Below are positions 47,569-56,796 of a DNA stretch of 56,796 nt, in pieces. The notes under the pieces were generated by a model. It was not told the DNA's origin and did no database searches. It saw only the letters and a program-made list of their open reading frames with translations. Source of the DNA: a virus (taxonomy: Duplodnaviria > Caudoviricetes); IMG/VR virus record IMGVR_UViG_3300032225_000823, positions 1 to 56,796 of that record. One strand, written 5' to 3'. The translations under genes were made by a program, and so were the position numbers. Positions within the stretch are counted from its first letter, which is position 1. Each line of letters opens with the position of its first letter.

Positions 47569-47987
47569 TATTTAACCTCTTTACCAGCACGTAGGTCAGC
47601 TAACGTCAACCCACCAGTGTATTGGAAGTGGGCTAATTCTTTAAACCGGGTCCACTCCCCAGCCCATTCTAACCCAGCTAACTTGCCATAGTTACCAATT
47701 TTTACCCAGATAGGATGTGTGCCGTCCCAATCAGGTTTGCCGTTTACCAGCGGTACTACATCTACAGCACATCGGTAGTTATGAAAAGACTGACCACCTT
47801 TGGCGTTGGTAACAATCTTGCCCGGCTCGGTGCGGCCCTGAGCATACAGCGCGTTTTGGCTTTCATGGTCCCGATACGTTGATGTAATAAGAAGCTCGAT
47901 GCCATCACCCTTACAGAGCGCAACAAACTTCTTAACCTTTTCTTTAACTACAGGCAGCAGGTCATCAATGTTTTTGGACGCAATCAT
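47568..47987 (-). CDS. Endolysin, M15C L-Ala-D-Glu peptidase
   Basis: R...QNALYAQGRT, SFHNYRCAVD (SxHx6D), ELAHFQ. Confidence 0.9.
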   Translation of the reverse strand: MIASKNIDDLLPVVKEKVKKFVALCKGDGIELLITSTYRDHESQNALYAQGRTEPGKIVTNAKGGQSFHNYRCAVDVVPLVNGKPDWDGTHPIWVKIGNYGKLAGLEWAGEWTRFKELAHFQYTGGLTLADLRAGKEVK

Positions 47988-48352
47988 TTAGCTTTCCGCG
48001 AATAGAACAGCGTACGGTCACCAAATAGGTAGAACCCTATGGCGGCGGCGAAGTTATCAACGGCTGGGTTAGAAATACTAGACATGGTCATGTACGCCCA
48101 AGTGCCAAGCACAAGAATTGCCACAGATGGACGCATTAAACGTACTACCGCCTCAACCCACGGATAAGATGGATTGGCACCGCCAGCGTCATTCATCGCC
48201 TTAAACATCTCAAGGTCGATTTCCTTCATCTTGGCGTACTGCTCAATCGTTGCAGGTTTAAACTGGTCTGGCGCAATGAACTTACTAATTAGCGACTTAC
48301 CAAGGTCTACAGCAAGCGGGCCAAGCGCAGCAAGAATAGTTACTGGGTCCAT
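47984..48352 (-). CDS. Putative holin
   Basis: Hydrophobic segments, MRP and GFYLFGDR motifs, basic C-terminus, coupled to the endolysin. Confidence 0.65.
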   Translation of the reverse strand: MDPVTILAALGPLAVDLGKSLISKFIAPDQFKPATIEQYAKMKEIDLEMFKAMNDAGGANPSYPWVEAVVRLMRPSVAILVLGTWAYMTMSSISNPAVDNFAAAIGFYLFGDRTLFYSRKAK

Positions 48353-48361
48353 ACTAAACTC

Positions 48362-48958
48362 CTATGTCAATTTTCCTGTAAATGCTTCTGGCACAAAGTG
48401 AAAAAACGCCAGCCAGCAGTACTTGCCTTTAATCATCTCACGCCAGTGAGGACTGTCAGTGCCCGAATAACAAAGCGCATCGTTGGGCTGCAGAATATAT
48501 GGTTTGTCATCCACCCAGATAGGCCACTCTACGTCTTGGTCAATGCAGTAGTCTATGGTGTATTTGCACTGCGGGCGGTCTGTATGAAACGGACACACTC
48601 CGTTCTCGTTGTACAAGCTCAAGTACACATACGATGGTTTGACCGGCTCGCCAAAAATCTCCGACGCAGCATCTTTGAGCTGTTGGTGAAGATGAACAAA
48701 GAACGGCACGTTATGGGAGCCACGACGACGAAACTGAATAGGGTCTTGCTCAATCAAAAATGCTTCTGACTTCACAAACTCAACAATCTTTTGATGTGCC
48801 TTAGGGTGAAACAGTTCGCGCTCCACGGAGGCTTCAATAGCACCCGGAGTATGCACAACCATCACATTATTTTCGTTCCAATACCCGTCTTCACGGCGCT
48901 CAATAAATGCAGTTTCTGATAAGTTGATTTTTTGTCCAACGGTCATTTCAGCAAGCAT
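48362..48958 (-). CDS. 2OG-Fe(II) oxygenase-like protein
   Basis: HTD (HxD)...HWR...FFHF. Confidence 0.75.
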   Translation of the reverse strand: MLAEMTVGQKINLSETAFIERREDGYWNENNVMVVHTPGAIEASVERELFHPKAHQKIVEFVKSEAFLIEQDPIQFRRRGSHNVPFFVHLHQQLKDAASEIFGEPVKPSYVYLSLYNENGVCPFHTDRPQCKYTIDYCIDQDVEWPIWVDDKPYILQPNDALCYSGTDSPHWREMIKGKYCWLAFFHFVPEAFTGKLT

Positions 48959-48967
48959 TGTTTTTTC

Positions 48968-49606
48968 CTATTTAAAGGCTGGGCCGGTAAGCCAAGCCAC
49001 CAAACTGTAGCGTGTACCGCTAGTGACGGGTTTTACGCCATGCAAAGAATACGACGGAAAAACAAGTACCGTGCCTTGGTCTTTTGGCAAAATAATTTCA
49101 TCACCATTGTTTACAATTAACTCACCGCCCTCATATTCATCAGGGTCAGTCAACTGACAAACCACCGATAATTTGCGGATGCGCCCGTTATACATACAGT
49201 CAATGTGCGGCTTGTAATGCCCTCCGGGTGATTGGTATTCCGTAAACTGAAAACCCTCACCAAATCCCCAAAGTTCAAAATTAAAAAATTGCTTGTTTAA
49301 ATACATGACAACATCTGTCATGCGTTGAAAAATCCACTCATTACCGCCAGCAGGAGAAATCCATGAGGTACGGCTTTTACGAATTAAATCGTCTTTAACC
49401 GGGTCGCTTGCTCCGCCAGTAAGTGCAGTATCAAGCGTTTGATTCTTGCCAATCTCAATAATGGTCTTACATTGAGCTGGTGTAAAAGCTGCGTTTGAAC
49501 ACGCCCACGGCTCAATTTTATCTATTTGAAGCGGCCATACTGTCTGGCCGTGTTTTTGTTCCGTCTGAAGATAATCAAGAAAATTTACTTCAAGTTTGCG
49601 GTTCAT
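48968..49606 (-). CDS. 2OG-Fe(II) oxygenase (PKHD/prolyl-hydroxylase-like)
   Basis: HID...YEGGEL...FPS..LHGVKPVTSGTRYSLVAW. Confidence 0.9.
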   Translation of the reverse strand: MNRKLEVNFLDYLQTEQKHGQTVWPLQIDKIEPWACSNAAFTPAQCKTIIEIGKNQTLDTALTGGASDPVKDDLIRKSRTSWISPAGGNEWIFQRMTDVVMYLNKQFFNFELWGFGEGFQFTEYQSPGGHYKPHIDCMYNGRIRKLSVVCQLTDPDEYEGGELIVNNGDEIILPKDQGTVLVFPSYSLHGVKPVTSGTRYSLVAWLTGPAFK

Positions 49607-49805
49607 TAGTGATATCCGGGCGTAGTTTGATTTGTTGGTCTTGCGGGTCGTAGTACCAAATGTCCGGTACTACATCATCTGCACAATCCACCCAAAATAA
49701 TGGGGGCGCAGACGGATATTCTGCTTCACATACCCAAGCAACCCGTTCACCAATAGCGCCATCGGGCAAATAAACTTTTTCGTTCGGAGAAATCAATGCT
49801 TTCAT
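49590..49805 (-). CDS. Small tail-fibre-associated protein
   Basis: 71 aa directly downstream of the fibre gene. Confidence 0.6.
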   Translation of the reverse strand: MKALISPNEKVYLPDGAIGERVAWVCEAEYPSAPPLFWVDCADDVVPDIWYYDPQDQQIKLRPDITNEPQT

Positions 49806-52697
49806 TTAGTTGTACTCCACTAACACATAACCTCTATAACCAACGTTTCCAACTGTTGGAATTGGAATCGGTCCGGGTGCAGCAGACCCACCACCTCCGC
49901 CTAGCCCACAAATTATGCCGCTATCTTGAACTAATGAACCACCCCCATAATTGGTACCGCTTGTGCCACCCGTAAAACTCGCCTGACCAGACCCCGTGCC
50001 GCCAGCGCCTTGTTTTGTTGGTGCTGGAGCTGGTCCACCCAATCCGGCCCCTCCGCCTGTTGCGCTAATAAGTGAACCAAACGAACTTGGTCCGCCAGCA
50101 CCCGCAGACCCACCCGCAGGACCAGCCGTTCCTGCTGTGCCTACTGTGACAGTTTGTGGTGTACTGACTGGATAGTATCCAATAGCTCCACCACCTCCAC
50201 CGCCACTACCGCCAGCACCGAAACCACTTCCCCCGCCCCCACCACCACCACCCGCAACCAATGTAACTTTGACAGCAGTAGTAGTCGGCGGACAAGTCCA
50301 TGTGCCGGGTGCCGTAAAGAGTTGCGTATTGGAAAGCGGTGCGGTTGAAGTAGCAGCAATTGTGATGCTACCAGAGCCGGGAGTAACAGAAATACCGGTG
50401 CCAGCGGTAAGTGATGCTTTAGTCAGGGTGTTGCCGGTGCTGTTACCAATCAAAAGTTGGCCATCAGTATAAGTAGTCTGGCCAGTACCGCCGTTGGCCA
50501 CAGGCAACGTACCAATCACACCCGTAGAAAGCGGCAAGCCAGTACAGCTAGTCAAAGTTCCAGACGACGGGGTACCAAGAACTGGAGTTACTAGAGTTGG
50601 GCTATTAGATAAAACCAAGCTGCCCGTACCCGTATTGGTTGTTGTTCCGGTTCCGCCGTTAAGCACTGGAAGAGTGCCGGTAACGTGAGTGGTCAATCCA
50701 ACTTTACCCCACGTTGGGGCTAGGTTTACACCACCAGAAATTAAAGCATTACCTGCCGCCACATCTGCTAATGAAGAAAGCGTAGTAGCACCAGAAGCGT
50801 AAAGAATGTCGCCTATGTTATAGCTTGATTGCCCAGTGCCGCCGTTGCCTGCCGGTAGCGTTCCGGTAACATGAGTAGTCAAGCCAATCTTGCCCCATGA
50901 AGGAGCTACACCAACGCCGCCTGAAATAAGCGCATTACCGGTGGCAACATCGGCGAGTTTAGACAGCGCTGTAGACCCAGAAGCGTAAATAATATCGCCA
51001 ACCGTATAGGAAGACTGGCCAGTACCGCCATTAGCTGCGTTCAAAGTACCAGACAGAGTAATAGCGCCCGAGGTGGCGGATGATGGAGAAAATCCGGTAG
51101 TTCCTGCGCTGAACGTAGTTACACCCGCTGCGGCGGTGGCGCTTGTATATAAGTTGTAAGATGAGTACCACTGCGTAGTGGTAGAAGCATTAAACTCCAT
51201 TACTCCGTTAACAGCAATTTGAATCGAGGTATTAATAGCAAGCGCGTCAATAAACCCGCTCGATGCCGGATATACGTTAACTGCGTTAGCGCCTTTGTTA
51301 ACAATAACAATTCGACGGCCAGTGGTGGCTGTGGGTAGCGTTACACCAGACGGATTTGAAGCAGCCGTTGTAATGACGTTGTAGTCATTAGTTAAAGCGC
51401 CTTGGCCTTGGGCGTTTGTACCGGCGGTCACGGATGCCGCGGTACTAAAAGTTTCTCCAGATAACGCAGGGGTTGTTAAGCTAGGGGAAGTTGCCAATGC
51501 AACTACAGTACCGCTACCAGTAGTGCTATAAGACGTACCCCAAGCCGAACCTGTTGAGTTGGCGATACCAGAGCCGGGATAGACTTGGGATGCCACAGAT
51601 GCCCAAGATGTGTTGGTACCATCAGTAGTTAAATACTTACCACTGTTAGATGTTTGAGATGGAACAAGGTTATTAAACGCCGCGTTTGCGGTAGTTGCGT
51701 TAGTACCACCATTGCCAATACCTAAAGTACCAGCAAGAACAATATTTCCAGTAGATGCCGTATTGGGAGTTAAACCAGTTGAACCAGCACTAAAAGAACT
51801 AACTGAGCCAGTAGACGACGGAGTCATTAAGTTATACGACGAATACCACTGAGTTGCGCTAGAGGCATTAAAAATCATTACCCCGTTTGCAATAATTTGA
51901 ATCGAGGTATTAATCGCATTACCGTCGATATACGCGCTAGTGGCGGGGTATACATTGATTGGGTTTGCACCCTTATTAACCACAACCACACGACGACCAG
52001 TAGTTGCAGCGGGTAGAGTTACACCAGACGGGTTTGCGGCGGCGGTTGTGATGACGTTATAGTCACTTGTCAAAGCGCCTTGACCTTGGGCATTGGTGCC
52101 AGCAGTTACAGATGCAGAAGTGCTAAATGTTTCTGCCGACAAAGATGGCGATGTAAGTGTTGGGGCCGCAGATAAAACAACACTACCTGTACCAGTGCTG
52201 GTTGTTACCCCAGTGCCGCCAGATGTTACCGCAAGGGCAGAACCTAGAGTAAGTGCAGGAATGTAGTCTTGCCCCGGAATAACGTCTGTGCCGTTAGCAT
52301 ATAAAATAACAGTGCTACCGTTTGGCACCACAGTACCAGTTGAAGCCGCATACTTAACAGTTAATGAATATCCACCACTAATACTATTTTTAATAATGTA
52401 CAGTTTTTGAACAGATGTAGACGGAATAATTACTGTAGATGCCGCACCGGGTGAACCAGAAAAACTAAGAAATAACGACCTAAAATCTTGGTTGGCCGTG
52501 GTGTTTGTATAGGCAAGAGTAGTTGACGTGGTTGTTAAGGTTACGGCGGAAAAGCCACCAATCGCTTGCTCAATACCCCGCGTAGTGCTGGTTGTGTCCC
52601 CCAAATTATTGTTTGTGGTGGTACCCCAGTTTCCAGTGCTGCCGGTTTCGCCTACGGCTATTAATTCTAATTTAAGTGTTGAGTATGTGCTTGCCAT
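49806..52697 (-). CDS. Tail fibre protein
   Basis: 963 aa, G/T/S-rich with GGTG repeats, internal duplications and a C-terminal Gly-rich domain. Confidence 0.8.
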   Translation of the reverse strand: MASTYSTLKLELIAVGETGSTGNWGTTTNNNLGDTTSTTRGIEQAIGGFSAVTLTTTSTTLAYTNTTANQDFRSLFLSFSGSPGAASTVIIPSTSVQKLYIIKNSISGGYSLTVKYAASTGTVVPNGSTVILYANGTDVIPGQDYIPALTLGSALAVTSGGTGVTTSTGTGSVVLSAAPTLTSPSLSAETFSTSASVTAGTNAQGQGALTSDYNVITTAAANPSGVTLPAATTGRRVVVVNKGANPINVYPATSAYIDGNAINTSIQIIANGVMIFNASSATQWYSSYNLMTPSSTGSVSSFSAGSTGLTPNTASTGNIVLAGTLGIGNGGTNATTANAAFNNLVPSQTSNSGKYLTTDGTNTSWASVASQVYPGSGIANSTGSAWGTSYSTTGSGTVVALATSPSLTTPALSGETFSTAASVTAGTNAQGQGALTNDYNVITTAASNPSGVTLPTATTGRRIVIVNKGANAVNVYPASSGFIDALAINTSIQIAVNGVMEFNASTTTQWYSSYNLYTSATAAAGVTTFSAGTTGFSPSSATSGAITLSGTLNAANGGTGQSSYTVGDIIYASGSTALSKLADVATGNALISGGVGVAPSWGKIGLTTHVTGTLPAGNGGTGQSSYNIGDILYASGATTLSSLADVAAGNALISGGVNLAPTWGKVGLTTHVTGTLPVLNGGTGTTTNTGTGSLVLSNSPTLVTPVLGTPSSGTLTSCTGLPLSTGVIGTLPVANGGTGQTTYTDGQLLIGNSTGNTLTKASLTAGTGISVTPGSGSITIAATSTAPLSNTQLFTAPGTWTCPPTTTAVKVTLVAGGGGGGGGSGFGAGGSGGGGGGAIGYYPVSTPQTVTVGTAGTAGPAGGSAGAGGPSSFGSLISATGGGAGLGGPAPAPTKQGAGGTGSGQASFTGGTSGTNYGGGSLVQDSGIICGLGGGGGSAAPGPIPIPTVGNVGYRGYVLVEYN

Positions 52698-52709
52698 TTT
52701 GCTTGTCCT

Positions 52710-55661
52710 TTAATGCAGCGAATCGTCAATGTTTGACCAGTTGGTGCTGCTGGCGTTGTTAATCGTTTGCCAAGTCGTTGTTTGCGAATTGTTTATATTT
52801 TGCCAGCTTATAGATTGGCTGTCATTGATGATTTCCCATAGTAAACGACGCGTCACTGCGTCCATAGCATTGATTTGTTCTACCACCGCCGCAATAAACG
52901 CAGCATTCGCTGTTGGGCTATCAAGTGCTTGGACGGTTTCACCAACAAAAGCAACAAACGTAGTAAGCGTAGCCACCGTATCGGTAGCCGTTGAAAGTTC
53001 ATCAATGAATGAATTCAATCTCCTTAGAGAAGATATAGTATCAGTTGCAGTTGATGTTTCAGATACAGCGCGTGAATAAATGGCTGCGGCAGCGTTGCTA
53101 TCGGTTGCGGTTGAGGTTTCAGAAATGGCTGAGCTTGCTGTTTGTGCCGCGCTATTTGCGTCCGTAGCCGCGACAGATTCTTGGATATTTGTTACAGCAG
53201 TTTGTAGGGTGCTAGGACTGTCGGTTGCTGTTGAATTTTCACTTACATCGGAGAAAACTGGTTTTACAGCAGATATGCTATCCGTAGCAGTAGATGATTC
53301 ATTTATGTTTGTTACAAACGGAACTAATGCCGACACCGAATCAGTTGATGTAGATGATTCTTGAATGTTTGATGCTGCGGTTTGCCCAGCACTATTTGTA
53401 TCCGTAGCGGTAGATGTTTCGGAGATGGCGCTGAAATAATTTGGAACTGAAGATGTTGCATCCGTTGCAGTGGATGACTCGGACACACTTGATGCAAACG
53501 GAACTGACGCTGCCGTGCTATCGGTGGCAGTAGATGTTTCACTTACAGCAGAAGAAACCGCAAAAGATGAAGACAGTGAATCCGTAGCGGTTGAAGATTC
53601 GCTTACGGCAGAAGAAACCGCAAAAGATGAAGATGCGCTATCAGTGGCAGTAGCAGTTTCGCTAAGTGTTGCGCCATAAATAATGTAAGCAATAAATGAA
53701 TCTGTGGCGGTTGATGTTTCTGAAATGCTTGATATAGGCGAGAAAACAATGATGATTGCGCCCTGCGAACCCGCTACACCAGCTCGTGTAGCGCCTGATG
53801 CCGCAGCATTCCCACCACCACCGCCACCTGCGCCATACAAACCTGCTGTAGTTCCAGAGATTGTGCCGTACCCGCCGCCGCCAGTGCCACCACCACCGCC
53901 AATACCAAATATATCAATACCATTACCACCAGACCCAGCGGTATTTGTTCCTGACATACCACCGCCACCGCCACCCACTGCGCCGCCCGTATCGGTGGCT
54001 CCACCACCAACGCCCGATGAGTTATTGCCACCAGTGCCACCAGTCGCACTAGACCCATTGCCACCAACGGTACCCCCACCGTTTCCGCCGCCACCGCCGC
54101 CGCCTACGTTTGCTTGGGTTGCAGACCCAAAACCGCTCCCGCCATTTCCTCCGGCCCCATTAAGCCCACCCGCACCACCGCCACCGCCACCAGCATTGGC
54201 ATTAGTCCCGCTAGTGCTTGTTGAGCCAACACCACCTGTACCACCATTGAATGTAGAGCCAGTACCAGCAGTGCCGCCAGTTGATGTAGGAGTTGTTGAT
54301 GCTTGTCCACCACCGCCACCCCCCGCTGTAGAAGCCCCAGAGTTCCATGAGGTTGTGCCGCCAGCCCCGCCATTACCACCAGCAGCACCAGCAGTACCGG
54401 CAGAACCACATTGATATGTGATTGACCCGGAAAGAGATTGTCCTGTGAGTTTTGTATATCCCGCACCACCGCCACCACCACCGCCAGCACGGTTAGCCCC
54501 GCTCACATAACTACCCGCTCCACCACCACCACCACCAATTAAATGAACGGTTGACGAATAACCAACAAATTCTGCCGGTACAGAATAAGAAGTGCTAGAA
54601 GTAGAAGTAAGAACCACAACGGCATTAAGCGCACGTTGCGTGGTAAATAACGCGTAGCCGCTATTTGGTGCTGTTGTGTTGATTGTTGAATTTGCGCCAA
54701 TATACCAAGTGTCAGAGATTGGACTGCCAATGGCATCACGGACATTAAGATAATCAATGCTAGTTAGGTATCCGCCACCCGCTAGGGCAAGTGTGTAAGA
54801 CGAACCGGCAGCACTACTGTTAATAGTTACTACGTTGCCAGAAGTGCCAGTAACAGACCATGTAGTAACAGTGGTTGTAGTACCAGCAGTAAATGTGATG
54901 GTATGCGCTACTGTCTTGGTGCTGGCAAGTTCGCTGAATGTATTTGAATCTTGAATGGTCAACACAGAAGTTCCGGTTGAACCTCCAATAGTTAACTTGT
55001 TATACGACTTATTGCCGCCAGTAAATGTTCGTGCCGCTGATGAAGTATTACTTAGCAAAATGTTTGCCGTGTTCTTATTAAGAACCGTTCCGTTTCCTGA
55101 AATACTCCAAACGGTTCCAGTTCCGGTAAGAGTCCACAAACCAGAACCCATATTCCATGTTTTTACACCAGAACCAGTAGAATTAAATGATGCTGTAGTT
55201 ACATTAAATGTGCTTGCATTAAATGTTGGTGTAACCGCACCAGTAGATGCTAAAGTGCCAGAACATACAAACGTATCTCCTAAAGTAATGGTATTTCCAA
55301 GTCCGGCAACAGTTAAACCGCCAAAAGTTTTACCTGCGCTTGTAATGGTCCCTGTACCATCAATTGTTACTGTTCCGCTATAGGTAAAAGTCATACCGGC
55401 AACTAATGTCACGCTTCCAGAAACGGTAATTGCGGCCGTCCCTGCCAGAGTTCCTGTAAACCCAGTGCAAGTAATGCTCTTGGCGCCAGTATTGCCGGTA
55501 GAAATAGTTACAGTGTTTGCGCCGGAGTTTGCGTCAAAAAACACATCATCACCAGCCGCTGGAATGGCTTGACCACCGGTACCGTTAGACGTAAGCGCCC
55601 ACTTAGTACCGGCAGTACCATCCCAAGCAGCAGTTCCACCAACCCAATAGCGGTTAGCCAA
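52710..55661 (-). CDS. Gly-rich virion/fibre protein with C-terminal 20-aa repeats
   Basis: 983 aa; RYWVGG N-terminus, poly-Gly domain, about 15 ExxTATD repeats, Trp-periodic tail. Confidence 0.75.
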   Translation of the reverse strand: MANRYWVGGTAAWDGTAGTKWALTSNGTGGQAIPAAGDDVFFDANSGANTVTISTGNTGAKSITCTGFTGTLAGTAAITVSGSVTLVAGMTFTYSGTVTIDGTGTITSAGKTFGGLTVAGLGNTITLGDTFVCSGTLASTGAVTPTFNASTFNVTTASFNSTGSGVKTWNMGSGLWTLTGTGTVWSISGNGTVLNKNTANILLSNTSSAARTFTGGNKSYNKLTIGGSTGTSVLTIQDSNTFSELASTKTVAHTITFTAGTTTTVTTWSVTGTSGNVVTINSSAAGSSYTLALAGGGYLTSIDYLNVRDAIGSPISDTWYIGANSTINTTAPNSGYALFTTQRALNAVVVLTSTSSTSYSVPAEFVGYSSTVHLIGGGGGGAGSYVSGANRAGGGGGGGAGYTKLTGQSLSGSITYQCGSAGTAGAAGGNGGAGGTTSWNSGASTAGGGGGGQASTTPTSTGGTAGTGSTFNGGTGGVGSTSTSGTNANAGGGGGGAGGLNGAGGNGGSGFGSATQANVGGGGGGGNGGGTVGGNGSSATGGTGGNNSSGVGGGATDTGGAVGGGGGGMSGTNTAGSGGNGIDIFGIGGGGGTGGGGYGTISGTTAGLYGAGGGGGGNAAASGATRAGVAGSQGAIIIVFSPISSISETSTATDSFIAYIIYGATLSETATATDSASSSFAVSSAVSESSTATDSLSSSFAVSSAVSETSTATDSTAASVPFASSVSESSTATDATSSVPNYFSAISETSTATDTNSAGQTAASNIQESSTSTDSVSALVPFVTNINESSTATDSISAVKPVFSDVSENSTATDSPSTLQTAVTNIQESVAATDANSAAQTASSAISETSTATDSNAAAAIYSRAVSETSTATDTISSLRRLNSFIDELSTATDTVATLTTFVAFVGETVQALDSPTANAAFIAAVVEQINAMDAVTRRLLWEIINDSQSISWQNINNSQTTTWQTINNASSTNWSNIDDSLH

Positions 55662-55675
55662 TGTTTACTCCAATT

Positions 55676-55698
55676 AAAAAGCCGGTGTTACCCGGCTT
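55676..55698 (-). terminator. Possible Rho-independent terminator
   Basis: Minus strand AAGCCGG-GTAACA-CCGGCTT-TTT. Confidence 0.55.
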
Positions 55699-55703
55699 CC
55701 TGA

Positions 55704-55880
55704 TTAAGCAGTTAGTTCTGCTTCACCAAACCACCGCTGTTGAGTTTCGCCGTTAACGTCCACCCACGAAATCAGATAGGAAAAATTACCATCTTCATCC
55801 ATGCGCAGGGCTTCAACCGGACCTTCGGGAATAACGGCGACTGCCTTAACCATGTCACCTTTTTTAAATTTAGTAGCCAT
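55704..55880 (-). CDS. 58-aa hypothetical protein missing from the ORF track
   Basis: AGGAG RBS; MATKFKKGDMVKAVAV...QRWFGEAELTA. Confidence 0.7.
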   Translation of the reverse strand: MATKFKKGDMVKAVAVIPEGPVEALRMDEDGNFSYLISWVDVNGETQQRWFGEAELTA

Positions 55881-55890
55881 TTAGTTCTCC

Positions 55891-56667
55891 TTAACCAGCA
55901 AGGCTGAGAGTGTAAGTAACGGTCAGCGTATCGCCAGACACAACCGAACGGTCACCCGGCGACGAGAAGTCAGCAGCCGAGTACATAACACCGGTAACCC
56001 CGCCCTTGGTGCTGACGCTGGTCAAGAATGCTCCGCCAACGGTAGTGGAACCGTTGATGGTAAACGATGCAGTCGATGCGCTATTGGTGGCTACAGATGG
56101 GTTGGCAACAGTCGGGTAACCAAACGTAGCGGTGGGACGAGTAGCGTTGCTGTAAGTAGTAACTTCAGACCAAGTACGAGCGGTTGCTGCACTAATGGTG
56201 GTCGATGCCACAGTTTGCGATTGCGAAACAGTCCAACTAGAACCCGAACCGGCAGTAATATAAGTACCACCCAGAACGTTGGTGCCGCTAATAAGTTGAC
56301 CGATGGTTACGGTACCAGAAGTAACAGTACCAATAGTCAGAGTGGTGCCAGAAATAGACGAGCCAGTAGCAGAGAACGTGCTGGTTGCCATCGTGTCAGT
56401 AGCAACCGGGTTAACCGAAGTACCCGAACCGTACAGGCCAAGATACCAAGCAGCAGTGTAAGACGAACCAATGAAATACTTGGAGTTCATGTCTTGCAAG
56501 CCACCATTCAGCACTAGGTTCTTGGACTCAGCTTCCCACTTGAGATTGCCGTCTTTATCCCAGCATTGAATGTGATAAACACCACTAGCCTTCGCGCTAT
56601 CGGCAAGGCCTCCATTTTGTTCAATCAGGGCCGCAGTGGCATCACTGATTTTAATTTCTTCATTCAT
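55891..56667 (-). CDS. Putative virion structural protein
   Basis: 258 aa, T/S/G-rich, AGGAG RBS. Confidence 0.7.
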   Translation of the reverse strand: MNEEIKISDATAALIEQNGGLADSAKASGVYHIQCWDKDGNLKWEAESKNLVLNGGLQDMNSKYFIGSSYTAAWYLGLYGSGTSVNPVATDTMATSTFSATGSSISGTTLTIGTVTSGTVTIGQLISGTNVLGGTYITAGSGSSWTVSQSQTVASTTISAATARTWSEVTTYSNATRPTATFGYPTVANPSVATNSASTASFTINGSTTVGGAFLTSVSTKGGVTGVMYSAADFSSPGDRSVVSGDTLTVTYTLSLAG

Positions 56668-56676
56668 AACTACTCC

Positions 56677-56796
56677 TTAAGAAATTCGGACCAAAGCCGA
56701 TGTGTTTGTTGCTACAGGGAATTGAACTTGGAATTGGGTAGTAGACGTTTTATCCGCCCCAAAATCAAGAACAAACAAAGCGATGTTACTACTACC
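56677..56796 (-). CDS. Virion-module protein, C-terminal part only
   Basis: Open frame from the window edge, ...VLDFGADKTSTTQFQVQFP...VRIS*. Confidence 0.65.
   Translation of the reverse strand, partial: GSSNIALFVLDFGADKTSTTQFQVQFPVATNTSALVRIS

Noticed and set aside
53704-54414. 236-aa poly-Pro ORF on the plus strand
   Set aside because: Reverse complement of poly-Gly codons in the 52710-55661 gene

Overview
Most of the genome of a tailed dsDNA bacteriophage with podovirus-type organisation. Both window ends fall inside structural genes, so the genome continues beyond the window. The host is inferred to be a proteobacterium, plausibly a betaproteobacterium. Minus strand 1-9.8 kb is head and packaging: major capsid, scaffold, GroES-like protein, portal, TerL, putative TerS and HNH. 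A motif-rich non-coding switch region lies at 9.8-11.4 kb. Plus strand 10.2-32.4 kb holds early and replication genes: MoxR-type AAA+ ATPase with a metallopeptidase-vWA partner, VRR-NUC, MazG-like, tRNA-Leu(UAA), family A DNA polymerase, PD-(D/E)xK exonuclease, SNF2 helicase, SSB-like protein and primase-helicase. Minus strand 32.5-56.8 kb holds putative DNA-ejection proteins, tail, lysis, two 2OG-Fe(II) oxygenases and Gly-rich fibres. No integrase or CRISPR array was seen. Most notable: (1) eight dispersed copies of a 32-bp palindrome confined to the early region, sharing outer hexamers with an origin-like repeat cluster; (2) a GHKL (Hsp90/RIIA-like) ATPase plus HExxH metallopeptidase module inside the 2301-aa putative ejection protein; (3) candidate host-regulator sites (Fur box, PhaR-like box); (4) candidate structured RNAs. 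All protein calls rest on motif recognition and synteny; no database searches were run.
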